DNA of 14,340 nt from an uncultured Chloroflexia bacterium (GCA_963712745.1 CAVQJC010000009.1:1-14340); one strand, 5' to 3'; positions 1-7,895 are shown, numbered from the stretch's first letter. A program made the numbers and translations. Notes: generated by a model from the sequence alone, not told the origin.

Positions 1-8
1 GTCAGTGC

Positions 9-37
9 ACGATAGCAGAGGCTTCGAGGGCCGTCAC
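9..37 (-). promoter_or_regulatory. Sigma70-type promoter firing leftward out of the window
   Basis: Minus strand reads GTGACG-17 nt-TATCGT with an extended -10 TG. The 14 bp at 9-22 (acgatagcagaggc) are identical to 7184-7197. Confidence 0.6.
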
Positions 38-145
38 TCGCAGGACGACGGTGACTCGTGCTCAAGGCTGGGACGGCTTGGTTCAGCCTCTACTCTCGGA
101 CCGGACCAGCGAAGGTCTGGCCGGTCGATGAGCGGAAGCCAGCTG

Positions 146-391
146 ATGCCGAAACAGCGGCCGACCCGGCGCCAGCTCGAGGTCCTGCGGGCGTACATCC
201 GGGCCGGCTCGGTGGCGGCCGCGGCCTACGAGCTGGGCATCAGCGAGACGACGGTGCGCCAGCACCTCTCGGGGCTGTACCGGCGGACGGGCTGTCTGAA
301 CGCGGCGCAGGCGGCGTACTGGCTGGGTCGAGCCGACCCATGCGGCACCTGGTCGGATATGCTCTGCTCTGGACCTGGGTCCGAGCGCTGA
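146..391 (+). CDS. Small stand-alone LuxR/GerE-type helix-turn-helix protein
   Basis: PTRRQLEVLRAYIRAGSVAAAAYELGISETTVRQHLSGLYRRTG matches the LuxR C-terminal HTH pattern (LT.RE.EVL...IA..L.IS..TV..H...I..K.G). Start is ATG 146, with ATG 128 as an alternative. Confidence 0.8.
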   Translation: MPKQRPTRRQLEVLRAYIRAGSVAAAAYELGISETTVRQHLSGLYRRTGCLNAAQAAYWLGRADPCGTWSDMLCSGPGSER

Positions 392-520
392 CGCTCGCCC
401 GGAGGCCACGACCATCGCGGTGACCTTCGGGCGACTCGCGATCGGCTCGCCGGCACGTGGCGCGATACTCGGTCGATCGATCGTCCCCGTCATCGCTGTA
501 CGAAGGAGGACACCACGCTC

Positions 521-2385
521 GTGGCATCGAACCCGGTCTTGCCGTCAGTCACATCAGCCAACGCGACGCTACTCGCCGAGCTTCCGTTCGACGACACCCA
601 GGACTTCGACGATGCCCGACGCGGCTTCATCGGGCGGCTCGAGCCGTGCATCGTCCACGACGCCGACGGCCGCGTCGTCTGGGACAACGAGTCCTACCGT
701 GCCTTCCTCGATGGCCCCGCGCCCGACAGCGCCAACCCCAGCCTCTGGCGCCAGTCGCAGCTGAATGCCATCGACGGCCTGTTCGAGGTGGTCCCCGGCA
801 TCTACCAGGTGCGCGGCTTCGACCTCTCGAACATCACCTTCGTCGAGGGCGAGACCGGCGTGCTCGTCATCGACCCCCTCGTCTCCGCGGAGCCCGCCGC
901 AGCGGCGCTCGCGCTCTACCGGCAGCATCGCGGCGACCGACCCGTGGTCGGCGTCATCTACAGCCACAGCCACGTCGACCACTTCGGCGGCGTCAAGGGC
1001 GTCACCAGCCAGGAGGACGTGGACGCCGGCCGCTGCGTCGTGCTCGCCCCCGACGGGTTCATGGAGCACGCCGCCTCGGAGAACGTGTACGCGGGGACCG
1101 CGATGCTGCGGCGCTCGGGCTACATGTTCGGGGCCGCCCTCGAGCGCGGGCCGGCGGGCCAGATCGGGACCGGCCTGGGCCAGACGAACTCGACCGGCAC
1201 CGTCTCGCTCATCGCCCCCACCGACACCATCACGACCACGGGCGAGACGCGCGTCATCGACGGCATCCGCATGGAGTTCCAGAACACGCCCGGCACCGAG
1301 GCGCCGGCGGAGATGAACACGCTGTTCCCCGACCACGGGGCCCTCTGGATGGCCGAGAACGCGACCCACGTGCTCCACAACGTCCTGACCATCCGGGGCG
1401 CGCTCGTCCGCGACCCACGCGTGTGGGCCCGCTATCTGACCGAGGCCATCGACCGCTTCGGCGAGCGGATGGACGTGGTGTTCGCCTCCCACCACTGGCC
1501 CACCTGGGGTCGCGAGCGGGCGCGTCCGGTTCCTCTCCGAGCAGCGCGACCTCTATGCCTACCTCCACGACCAGACGCTGCGCATGCTCAACCAGGGCTT
1601 CAACGGGGCCGAGATCGCGGAGTCCATCCAGATGCCACCCGCGCTCGAGCAGGCTTGGCATGCCCGCGGCTACTACGGCTCGGTGAGCCACAACGTGAAG
1701 GCCATCTACCAGCGCTACATGGGCTGGTATGACGGCAACCCCGCGCGCCTGTGGCAGCACCCGCCCGAGGAGCAGGCCAAGCGCTACGTCAGCGCCATGG
1801 GCGGCATCGACGCGGTCGTGGCGCATCGCGCGGACGGCCTTCGACTCGGGCGACCTGCGCTGGGCGGCCGAGCTGCTGGACCGCGCCATCTTCGCCGACC
1901 CCGCGCACGCGGAGGCGAAGGCGCTCCAGGCGGACACGTTCGAGCAGCTCGCCTTCGGGGCGGAGAACGGGCCGTGGCGCAACGCCTATCTCGCGGGCGC
2001 CACCGAGCTCCGCCACGGCGCCTTCGGCACGCCGGCCACCTACTCACCGGATCTGCTGCGCGCGCTCACCCCGGAGATGGTCTTCGATGCCATCGCCATC
2101 CGGGTCAACGGGCCGAAGGCATGGGACGAGCGCCTGTCGATCGGCATCACCCTGACGGACCTGGACCGCTCCTGGCGGCTGGACCTGCGCAACGGCGTGC
2201 TCATCCACCGCGAGTCCACGGTCGAGGGCGCGGACGTCGTGCTGCGGCTACCGGCGGCGGCGCTCGTGGGCCTGCTCGCAGGGCAGATGGAGGGCATCGC
2301 CGTCGAAGGCGACCAGGGTGTGCTCGGCCGTCTCATGGCGGTGCTCGACGAGCCTGACCCCGGGTTCGCCATCGTGACCCCGTAG
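521..2385 (+). CDS. Alkyl sulfatase, SdsA1/YjcS/BDS1 family (MBL fold, dimerisation domain, SCP2-like C-terminus); two apparent +1 frameshifts near 1520 and 1821
   Basis: RBS gaaggagga precedes GTG 521. Motifs NPSLWRQSQLN, YQVRGFDLSN, HSHVDHFGG, TPGTEAPAEM, HHWPTWG, then HDQTLRMLNQG and RGYYGSVSHNVKAIYQRYMGWYDGNPA, then WRNAYL and FAIVTP are spread over three successive frames. Confidence 0.92.
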
Positions 2386-2412
2386 CGCCCAGCGGCTGCG
2401 GGGGCCTGGAAC

Positions 2413-3273
2413 CTAGCCCTCCCCTTCGAGCGCTCCGGCAGGCGTCTCCAGGCGTCCCGCGATCTCCCGCAGCCGGATGAGTTCCTGGGCATAGCCGGGT
2501 AGCGTGGCCAGGAGCTCGATGTAGGCCAGCACGTAGATGAGCCCCGAGATCACCAGGCCGATCTCGGGCTCGCCGGTGACGAGGACCACGATCGAGTAGA
2601 CGAGGAACACGGCGGCCCCGGCAGCCACGATCGTGGTGTTGGCCGTATCGAGGTCCCAGAGCTTGACGTCCCAGCGCACCAGGCGGCCGAAGTGTGCGCG
2701 CGACGACGCTTCGTCCTGCCGGAGCGCCGCGACCTGCCGCTCCAGCTCATCGTTGTAGCCCTCGTTCAGGCGCAGGTTGAGGCGTCCCGTGACCGCGTAG
2801 ACGACCACCACCAGCGCCAGCAGCGCGATGCAGGCGACGAGCAGCCTGGCATCGATCCCGGCCAGGATGAGCATCGTCCCGAGGATGCCCACGGCACCCA
2901 TGGTCAGCTCCGGCACCGACTCCTGGAAGAAGGCCACGATCTCCTCGACCAATCCCGCCCTCGCCGCGACGACTGACACGTCGCTCGACGCCGCTCGCTC
3001 CCGGGCCGCGACGTCCCCGGCCACATCCTCGAACATCGAGGCGTAGAGGCGTGCGTCGTAGACGCGGCGGATGGCCGAGACGGCGATGATCGCGACGGCC
3101 AGCCCGGCCAGTGCCGCCAGCCCGGCGTACGAATCGTCCAGCAGGCCATCCACCGCGAGGCCGATGACGAGGGGCGCGAGCAGGTAGCCGATGCCCTCGA
3201 GCAGGATGAGCACGAGGGACAGGCCGATCCGCCATCGGTACCGACGAGCCAGGGACCCGACGGAGACCCGCAT
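2413..3273 (-). CDS. ABC transporter six-transmembrane-domain protein (ABC_membrane_3-like) without an ATPase domain
   Basis: MRVSVGSLARRYRWRIGLSLVLILLE..APLVIGLAVDGLL, RRVYDARLY, EEIVAFFQ and LNEGYNDELERQV fit this family, with about 6 hydrophobic segments. The ATG overlaps the upstream TGA (TGATG coupling). Confidence 0.75.
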   Translation of the reverse strand: MRVSVGSLARRYRWRIGLSLVLILLEGIGYLLAPLVIGLAVDGLLDDSYAGLAALAGLAVAIIAVSAIRRVYDARLYASMFEDVAGDVAARERAASSDVSVVAARAGLVEEIVAFFQESVPELTMGAVGILGTMLILAGIDARLLVACIALLALVVVVYAVTGRLNLRLNEGYNDELERQVAALRQDEASSRAHFGRLVRWDVKLWDLDTANTTIVAAGAAVFLVYSIVVLVTGEPEIGLVISGLIYVLAYIELLATLPGYAQELIRLREIAGRLETPAGALEGEG

Positions 3274-3998
3274 CACGGCTGGCCCGTCGAGCCGTGGCGA
3301 CGCCACTCCACCACCAGCGTCACGGCGCTGACCAGGAAGACCCAGAGCGGGAAGAGCAGCACGATCCACTGCAGGAACGAGAGGCTCAGCAGCATCACCA
3401 GGCCGACGGCGTAGCCCACGAGCGCCAGCACGTGCGGCAGCGCGCGCGAACGCCAGATGATCGTCGAGGTCACCAGCACGAAGACGGCCGCGGCTCGGGC
3501 GGCGAGGACGAAGAGGAACGAGAAGGCCGACGAGCGGACCGCCTCGAGTGCCGCGGCCGTGAGCGGCGGGGCGGCGTCGAAGCGGTTGCCCGCGACGAGG
3601 CTCGCGAACTGCGCGGCACCGGCCCAGTACATGGCCACGAAGAGCAGGCCGCTGCCGAGGAAGACGGTGGCGAAGAGCTGGTCCTCGCGCGTGCCGATAC
3701 GGGAGCGGATGAGGCCGATGAACCAGAGGAAGGCGATGCCCGCGAAGGGCGCCACGTAGAGGGCCGCGACCGTCACCGAACCGAGCGCATTGGCCTCGTA
3801 CCAGTCGATGAAGGCGATCTCGTCGAGGCCCTCGGGTGGGCGGGCGCTGACGAGCCACAGAGAAACGACGAAGAGCAGCGAGAAGGCCATACCCGCGATC
3901 CCGGCCGAGCGCAGGACGAGGTGTGGTGTGCCGGCGCCCGCGTCGATGGCTGCCCCGCCGGAGGTCTTGCGCGTGTCGCTTCGATCAGCCGCCGTCAT
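3273..3998 (-). CDS. Conserved hypothetical multi-pass membrane protein
   Basis: RBS aggagggagg precedes ATG 3998. About 6 TM segments. Motif PFAGIAFLWFIGLIRSRIGTREDQLFATVFLGSGLLF resembles an uncharacterised actinobacterial membrane family. The start overlaps the SulP 3' end. Confidence 0.8.
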   Translation of the reverse strand: MTAADRSDTRKTSGGAAIDAGAGTPHLVLRSAGIAGMAFSLLFVVSLWLVSARPPEGLDEIAFIDWYEANALGSVTVAALYVAPFAGIAFLWFIGLIRSRIGTREDQLFATVFLGSGLLFVAMYWAGAAQFASLVAGNRFDAAPPLTAAALEAVRSSAFSFLFVLAARAAAVFVLVTSTIIWRSRALPHVLALVGYAVGLVMLLSLSFLQWIVLLFPLWVFLVSAVTLVVEWRRHGSTGQP

Positions 3999-5687
3999 CG
4001 TCGCTGCCTCCCTCCTCGCTCGACGCTGCCGAGCGGGCAGCGACCCAGGCCTCGGCATCAGCGTGCGCGCGCCGAAGCGCCGCGCCCACGCGCTCGCTGC
4101 CGGCATACACGTTCTCGGACCCGATGAGCGCGGTGATCCCGGCCACGCGCAGCTGCTCCTCCACACGCTCGTTGGTGGACACGATGACGAGCTTACTGCC
4201 GACCGCCGCCAGGCTGAGGGCGTACCGGCGCAGCAGATCCAGGAAGGTGACCCCGAGCTCCACGCGGCCACGCACCCGGATGATCACGACGCTGCCCCGC
4301 GAGGCCCCGTCCGGCGTGGGCAAGAGCGTCTCCAGCACCGGCGCTGCGGCGAAGAAGAGGCTGCCGTAGGGCTGGAGCACCACGACCTCATGGGCCGCCA
4401 GGCGAGCCGGGGGCTCGGTCTCGGTGGCGTGCCCCTCCTCGTCGAGCTCCCAGCGCTTCATCGTCACCTGGTTCGACTGCCGAACGACGTGGAGGATGAT
4501 CGAGAGGCCGACCCCGACGAGCACCGCGTACTGCATCGGGATCACCAGCGTCAGCACGAAGGTCGTCGTGACGACGACCTTCTGGATGGGCCCGGTGCGC
4601 CAGACCGACCACAGGTCGGCCGGCTTGACGGTACGGACGCCGACCACGATGAGGAGTCCCGCGAGCGACGGCATGGCGAGGCTGCCGACGACGTCCCCGA
4701 AGACCACGATGACGACGGCCATGACGAGGCTGGTCAGCAGCAGGGCCAGGCGTGACGCGGCGCCGGCGTGCTTGAGGATGGCCGTGGCCGAGAGCGAGCC
4801 GCCGACCGGCATGCCCTGGAAGACGCCGGCCGCCACGTTGGCCACACCCTGGCCCGTGAAGTCGCGCGAGGTGTCCGGGTAGCGGCCGTCGGGGTTGGGG
4901 AAGCTGGCCGAGATGCTCGCGCCCTGGATGAGTCCGACGAACGCCAGCGAGATGGCCGGGAGCAGCAGCGCCGGAACGAGCGCGAGGTCGGGCATGACGG
5001 GCAGCGGCAGTGAGCCGGTGGCCACGCCGAGGTCATCGATGGTGGCGACACCACTCCAGCCGAGCAGCCACCGGGATGGCCGACGCCGCGACGACGGCGA
5101 TCACCAGGCCCATGGCGCCAAGACGTGTGCGTCCGATGAGGACGATGAGCGCGATGGTGAGGAGACCGACGAAGAGCGACGGCAGGTGCAGCTCCGCCGG
5201 ACTCAGGAACGTGCCGATGGCGCGTGCGATGCGGTTGGGTCCGTCGGCCGCGTACCCGGTGAGGTCTGCCAGCTGGCCGAGCACGATGTTGACGCCGACC
5301 GCGTTGATGAAGCCGACCATGACGGCGTTGGAGACGAAGCGCATGATGAAGCCGAGGCGCAACAGGCCCACGACGAGCATGATCACGCCGGTGACCGACC
5401 GCGAGCGTGAAGAGCGCCGCTCGGGGTCGAGCGCGGTGTGGACCTCGGGGATATCGGCGATGACGACGGCCATCGCGCCGGTGCCCTGGACGGCCATGAA
5501 CGCCGAGCTCGTGACCAGGGCGCCCGCCGCGGGACCCACGAGATAGGCGTACAGCCCCGACAGCGGGTTCACGCCGGCCAGCAGCCCGTTCGCCAGGCCG
5601 GCCGGGCACGCTCTGGATGCCGAGCACGAGCGCGGCCAGCGCGTCCTGCCGCAGGGTGTCGAGGCGGATCGGGATGGGTCGTCTCAA
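3985..5687 (-). CDS. SulP/SLC26 family anion transporter with C-terminal STAS domain; apparent frameshifts near 5600, 5418, 5398 and 5070
   Basis: DALAALVLGIQSVP, GLANGLLAGVNPLSGLYAY, LRLGFIMRFVSNAVMVGFINAVG, QGVANVAAGVFQGMPVGGSLS and the STAS motif YGSLFFAAA. Probable TTG start at 5687 after gagga. Confidence 0.9.
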
Positions 5688-5792
5688 CGGTGTCCTCTGC
5701 GATACGGTCCGCCGCCGATCCTGGGCCGTCGGACAGAACGCGCCACGTGGCGCCGCGGTCCTGCCGGACCGGCCGAGGCCCGGCACTCGCGA

Positions 5793-5825
5793 CATCGGGG
5801 CCTCCGAGGGTGCAGGACCCCGATG
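5793..5825 (-). terminator. GC-rich stem-loop downstream of the META gene
   Basis: catcgggg (5793-5800) pairs with ccccgatg (5818-5825), just after the inferred stop at 5837. No clear U-tract. Confidence 0.35.
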
Positions 5826-5836
5826 GGCTCGATGGC

Positions 5837-6634
5837 TCAGTTCCCGATGGCGCTGTTCGCCATGCACCTGCAGCGCGCCCTCGTCGTCTCGCAGCTCGAG
5901 CACTCCCGATACGATCGCCCACGTGGTGGCGGCCTGGAGCGCGGTGAGGTACTGCCCCTCGAAGGCGTCGGTGGTCTCGTCGCAGGACATCATCGTGCCC
6001 ATCAGCGGGCCGATGGCGATGGTGTCACCGTCCACGCTGTAGCCACCGCTGAAGCGATTGCAGCCAGCGAAGCCCTCGACGGTGCCGTCGGGCTGGAAGG
6101 TGGCCGTCGCGTCGATCCCGTCGGGCACCCCCACCACGGCCTCGCTGCCGTCGTTGACCATGGTCACGGTCCACGGACCCTCGATGCTCGCGGGCGCCAT
6201 GGGGCTGTAGGTGAGGACCGTCGCACCACTCGGCATCGGACATGGCGAGGCCACCGTCCATCGATGACGTAGCTGGCCACGGCGGCGAGAGCGGCGAGGT
6301 AGCTCTGCTCGAACGCGTTGGCGGCGTCGTCGCACAGCTTCATCGTGGTCGCGATGGGGCCGAACGTCAGGCTGGAGACGCCATCGGTGGCGTAGCTGAC
6401 CATGAAGCGGTTGCAGCCGGCGAAGCCACCGGCCTCGGTCTCGGTGAACAGGATGTCGCCGTCGTCACCGCTCGCTAGCGGCGTATCACCGACACTGGTG
6501 AGCGACCATGAGGTGTCGGCCAAGCCGTCCGCCATGGCCTCCGGCGAAGCCGACTGCGCGGCCGTGGCGCCACTGATGCCGAGCACCAACGAACCGGCCA
6601 TGAGCCACCCCAGGACTCGGAAGCGTTCGGGCAT
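5837..6634 (-). CDS. Secreted protein with two tandem META (HslJ-like) domains; apparent frameshifts near 6258, 6230 and 5865
   Basis: RBS gaggaggag. Signal peptide MPERFRVLGWLMAGSLVLGISGATAA. Two copies of W.(L/V)T....GFAGCNRF...Y...G......GP...TM..C. Removing one base near 5865 gives the end ALQVMANSAIGN*. Confidence 0.85.
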
Positions 6635-6776
6635 CATCTCCTCCTCGCGTTGTCGTCGACCATGCTTCGTCGGCCAGACCATCCGTCCGACGGCCATCGG
6701 AAGCGTACCTCGCTGCATCCAGCCAACCACTGCGGCACGGCACGGCGCCGATGCCATGGTCTCGGCGCGTCCCACT

Positions 6777-6806
6777 TCCGTACGACTTCCCGAACATCCG
6801 TACGAC
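6777..6806. promoter_or_regulatory. Phased direct repeat tccgtacgac x2 upstream of the META-SulP operon; candidate regulator site
   Basis: Exact 10-mers at 6777-6786 and 6797-6806, period 20 bp, with a degenerate copy between them. Confidence 0.35.
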
Positions 6807-7040
6807 GCCTCGCTTGACGCCCGACTGACCGCCCCGTAGACCGAGGACGTGCACGGACGTCCTCCCCTCCTCCATCCGCGTCGATCTGCGCTATGAGCCC
6901 GCTCGAGCTCGTCCTGCTTCGGGGACGCCTGCTACCTCTTCGGCCTGGTCTCAGGCGCCGTCATCATTCCCCGGGTCAGTGTCGTGGACCCCGGTCGGTC
7001 CCGAGGGTTGCGGGGACGTGATCAGGCATGTCCGCGCGTG

Positions 7041-7068
7041 GTTCAGCCGATAACGTTCAGCCCATAAC
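7041..7068. repeat. Tandem 14-bp direct repeat gttcagcc(g/c)ataac; integrase arm-type site candidate
   Basis: Copies at 7041-7054 and 7055-7068 with one mismatch, about 65 bp from the tRNA break point. Confidence 0.6.
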
Positions 7069-7071
7069 AAG

Positions 7072-7094
7072 GCCCTCACCGCATCGGTGAGGGC
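7072..7094 (-). terminator. Intrinsic terminator-like hairpin downstream of the tRNA-Val half
   Basis: Perfect 10-bp stem gccctcaccg-cat-cggtgagggc, followed on the minus strand by cttgttat. Confidence 0.6.
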
Positions 7095-7132
7095 TCGTCA
7101 TCGTGCGACACCTGCGCCGCATTCGGGTCGAC

Positions 7133-7173
7133 GCATGTCAAGCAAGTGCTCTAACCAGCTGAGCTAGCCGCCC
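7133..7173 (-). tRNA. tRNA-Val(GAC) 5' half only (truncated; att-site remnant)
   Basis: GGGCGGC TA GCTC AGCTGGTTA GAGC A CTTGC TTGACAT GC gives acceptor 5' strand, D-arm, anticodon stem 5' strand and GAC loop. The sequence then diverges (GTCGA instead of AAG) and no T-arm follows. Confidence 0.88.
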
Positions 7174-7183
7174 GAGTTCCAAA

Positions 7184-7212
7184 ACGATAGCAGAGGCAGT
7201 CGATGTAGTCAC
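7184..7212 (-). promoter_or_regulatory. Sigma70-type promoter of the tRNA-Val half
   Basis: GTGACT-17 nt-TATCGT with an extended -10 TG, 10 nt upstream of the tRNA 5' G. Confidence 0.7.
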
Positions 7213-7222
7213 ACCCGCGTCG

Positions 7223-7400
7223 ATGTCCGGTGATCTCAGCAACGAGCTTGCGTCGTTCATCCCTGCGATACAGGCCAATAGCGTCAGCCCAAACACGATC
7301 ACAGCCTATGGCCGCGTCGAGCCCCAGATCAAGTCGTGACTCATGGAAAGAGGGAGACCAACCGACCTCGAGGCCATCGGGCGGCGACCTTGTGGCCGAC
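7223..7400 (+). pseudogene. N-terminal (SAM-like/core-binding) remnant of a tyrosine recombinase/integrase
   Basis: Reads MSGDLSNELASFIPAIQANSVSPNTITAYGRVEPQIKS*LMERGRPTDLEAIGRR. The F...L.....SPNTI.AY.......W pattern is typical of Xer/Int N-termini. In-frame TGA at 7337-7339 and no catalytic domain. The end coordinate is approximate. Confidence 0.6.
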
Positions 7401-7492
7401 CGCGTCATCCGTGCCGTGCAAGCCGCTCGAGCCACGGATTCGAGATTGCTTCAGCATGTCTCGACGGCGCAGATCATCGGAGTACCTGCCGT

Positions 7493-7536
7493 TCGCGAGC
7501 AGCAGCTCCTCGGTTCAAGTCCGAGTGACGGCTGCA
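7493..7536 (+). tRNA. Degenerate tRNA 3' half, probably tRNA-Thr(CGT)-derived (att remnant)
   Basis: Perfect T-arm CTCGG-TTCAAGT-CCGAG (7509-7525), then acceptor 3' strand TGACGGC, discriminator T and GCA (CCA-like). Upstream tcgcgagcagcagctc resembles TCGTAA-GCAGC-AGGTC. No recognisable D-arm. The isotype is inferred. Confidence 0.65.
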
Positions 7537-7543
7537 CTTCCGC

Positions 7544-7567
7544 GCGTGAAACGGCCCCGTTTCGCGT
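7544..7567 (+). terminator. Stem-loop immediately after the tRNA 3' fragment
   Basis: gcgtgaaacg-gccc-cgtttcgcgt, a 10-bp stem with two G-U pairs. Confidence 0.4.
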
Positions 7568-7592
7568 TGCGTGGCGGCGCAGACTGCCCTGC

Positions 7593-7616
7593 CTGACCCC
7601 TACGCTGACCCCTGCG
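7593..7616. repeat. Tandem 12-bp direct repeat ctgacccct(a/g)cg; arm-type site candidate
   Basis: Copies at 7593-7604 and 7605-7616, with a partial third ctgaccc at 7660-7666. Confidence 0.5.
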
Positions 7617-7782
7617 GTCCCACGCGTGAAGCTCGGAGGCTCAGCGGGGTAGCGCCAGCCTGACCCACCCTCGGTCCTGGCCGCGATCCGTGTCGAGACC
7701 GTCACCGCTGCGGTGAGATCGTGGTCTGCTGCGTACCGGAAGGCCCGGGTGACGGCGAAGCAGCGGTCGGCCCGGCGGCTGG

Positions 7783-7895
7783 GTGGCCACCGAGGTGGTT
7801 ACGGGTTGGGCCGAAGCGTGGAAGCCGTTGATGTAGTCGAAGGCGACGGTCAGGGCGATGACCAGCAGCAGCGATGGCTTCAGGGCGTCAAGCAC
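7783..7895 (-). pseudogene. Truncated, diverged 5' fragment of a Pit-family phosphate transporter gene
   Basis: VLDALKPSLLLVIALTVAFDYINGFHASAQPVTTSVAT aligns to the pit N-terminus at 12271-12383. Shared exact stretches cgtggaagccgttgatgtagtcgaag and gtggccaccgaggtgg. Confidence 0.85.

Larger units (their letters stand above)
1..7132. mobile_element. Putative integrase-less genomic island inserted at the tRNA-Val(GAC) anticodon arm (left att predicted just outside the window)
   Basis: Right end is the broken tRNA-Val 5' half (7133-7173). Left end carries a near-copy of its promoter (9-37 vs 7184-7212). TGGTTCAGCC occurs near both ends (79-88 and 7039-7048). Cargo is accessory. The left att is not visible, so this is inference. 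Confidence 0.45.

Noticed and set aside
521-542. Minus-strand caagaccgggttcgatgccac resembling a tRNA T-loop
   Set aside because: It lies in the first codons of the sulfatase, the stem is imperfect, and there is no acceptor strand complementary to GGGCGGC.
1515-1830. Programmed ribosomal frameshifting in the sulfatase and other genes
   Set aside because: No slippery heptamers at the breaks, and too many unrelated genes are affected.
5740-5753. 14-bp perfect palindrome gcgccacgtggcgc upstream of SulP
   Set aside because: A single GC-rich occurrence is plausible by chance in this base composition, and nothing else supports an operator role.
6893-7067. Small hydrophobic peptide MSPLELVLL/GDACYLFGLVSGAVIIPRV on the + strand
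   Set aside because: It needs a frameshift, has no RBS and shows no recognisable family.
6840-7132. Group I intron or split-tRNA explanation for the interrupted tRNA-Val
   Set aside because: The break is after the anticodon loop plus 2 nt rather than after a loop U. I found no matching 3' exon (AAG...GTTCGA...GCCGCCC) on the minus strand in the window, and no recognisable intron core.
7133-7536. The two tRNA fragments as halves of one inverted or permuted tRNA
   Set aside because: The acceptor strands (GGGCGGC vs TGACGGC) and anticodon stems are not complementary, so they derive from different tRNAs.
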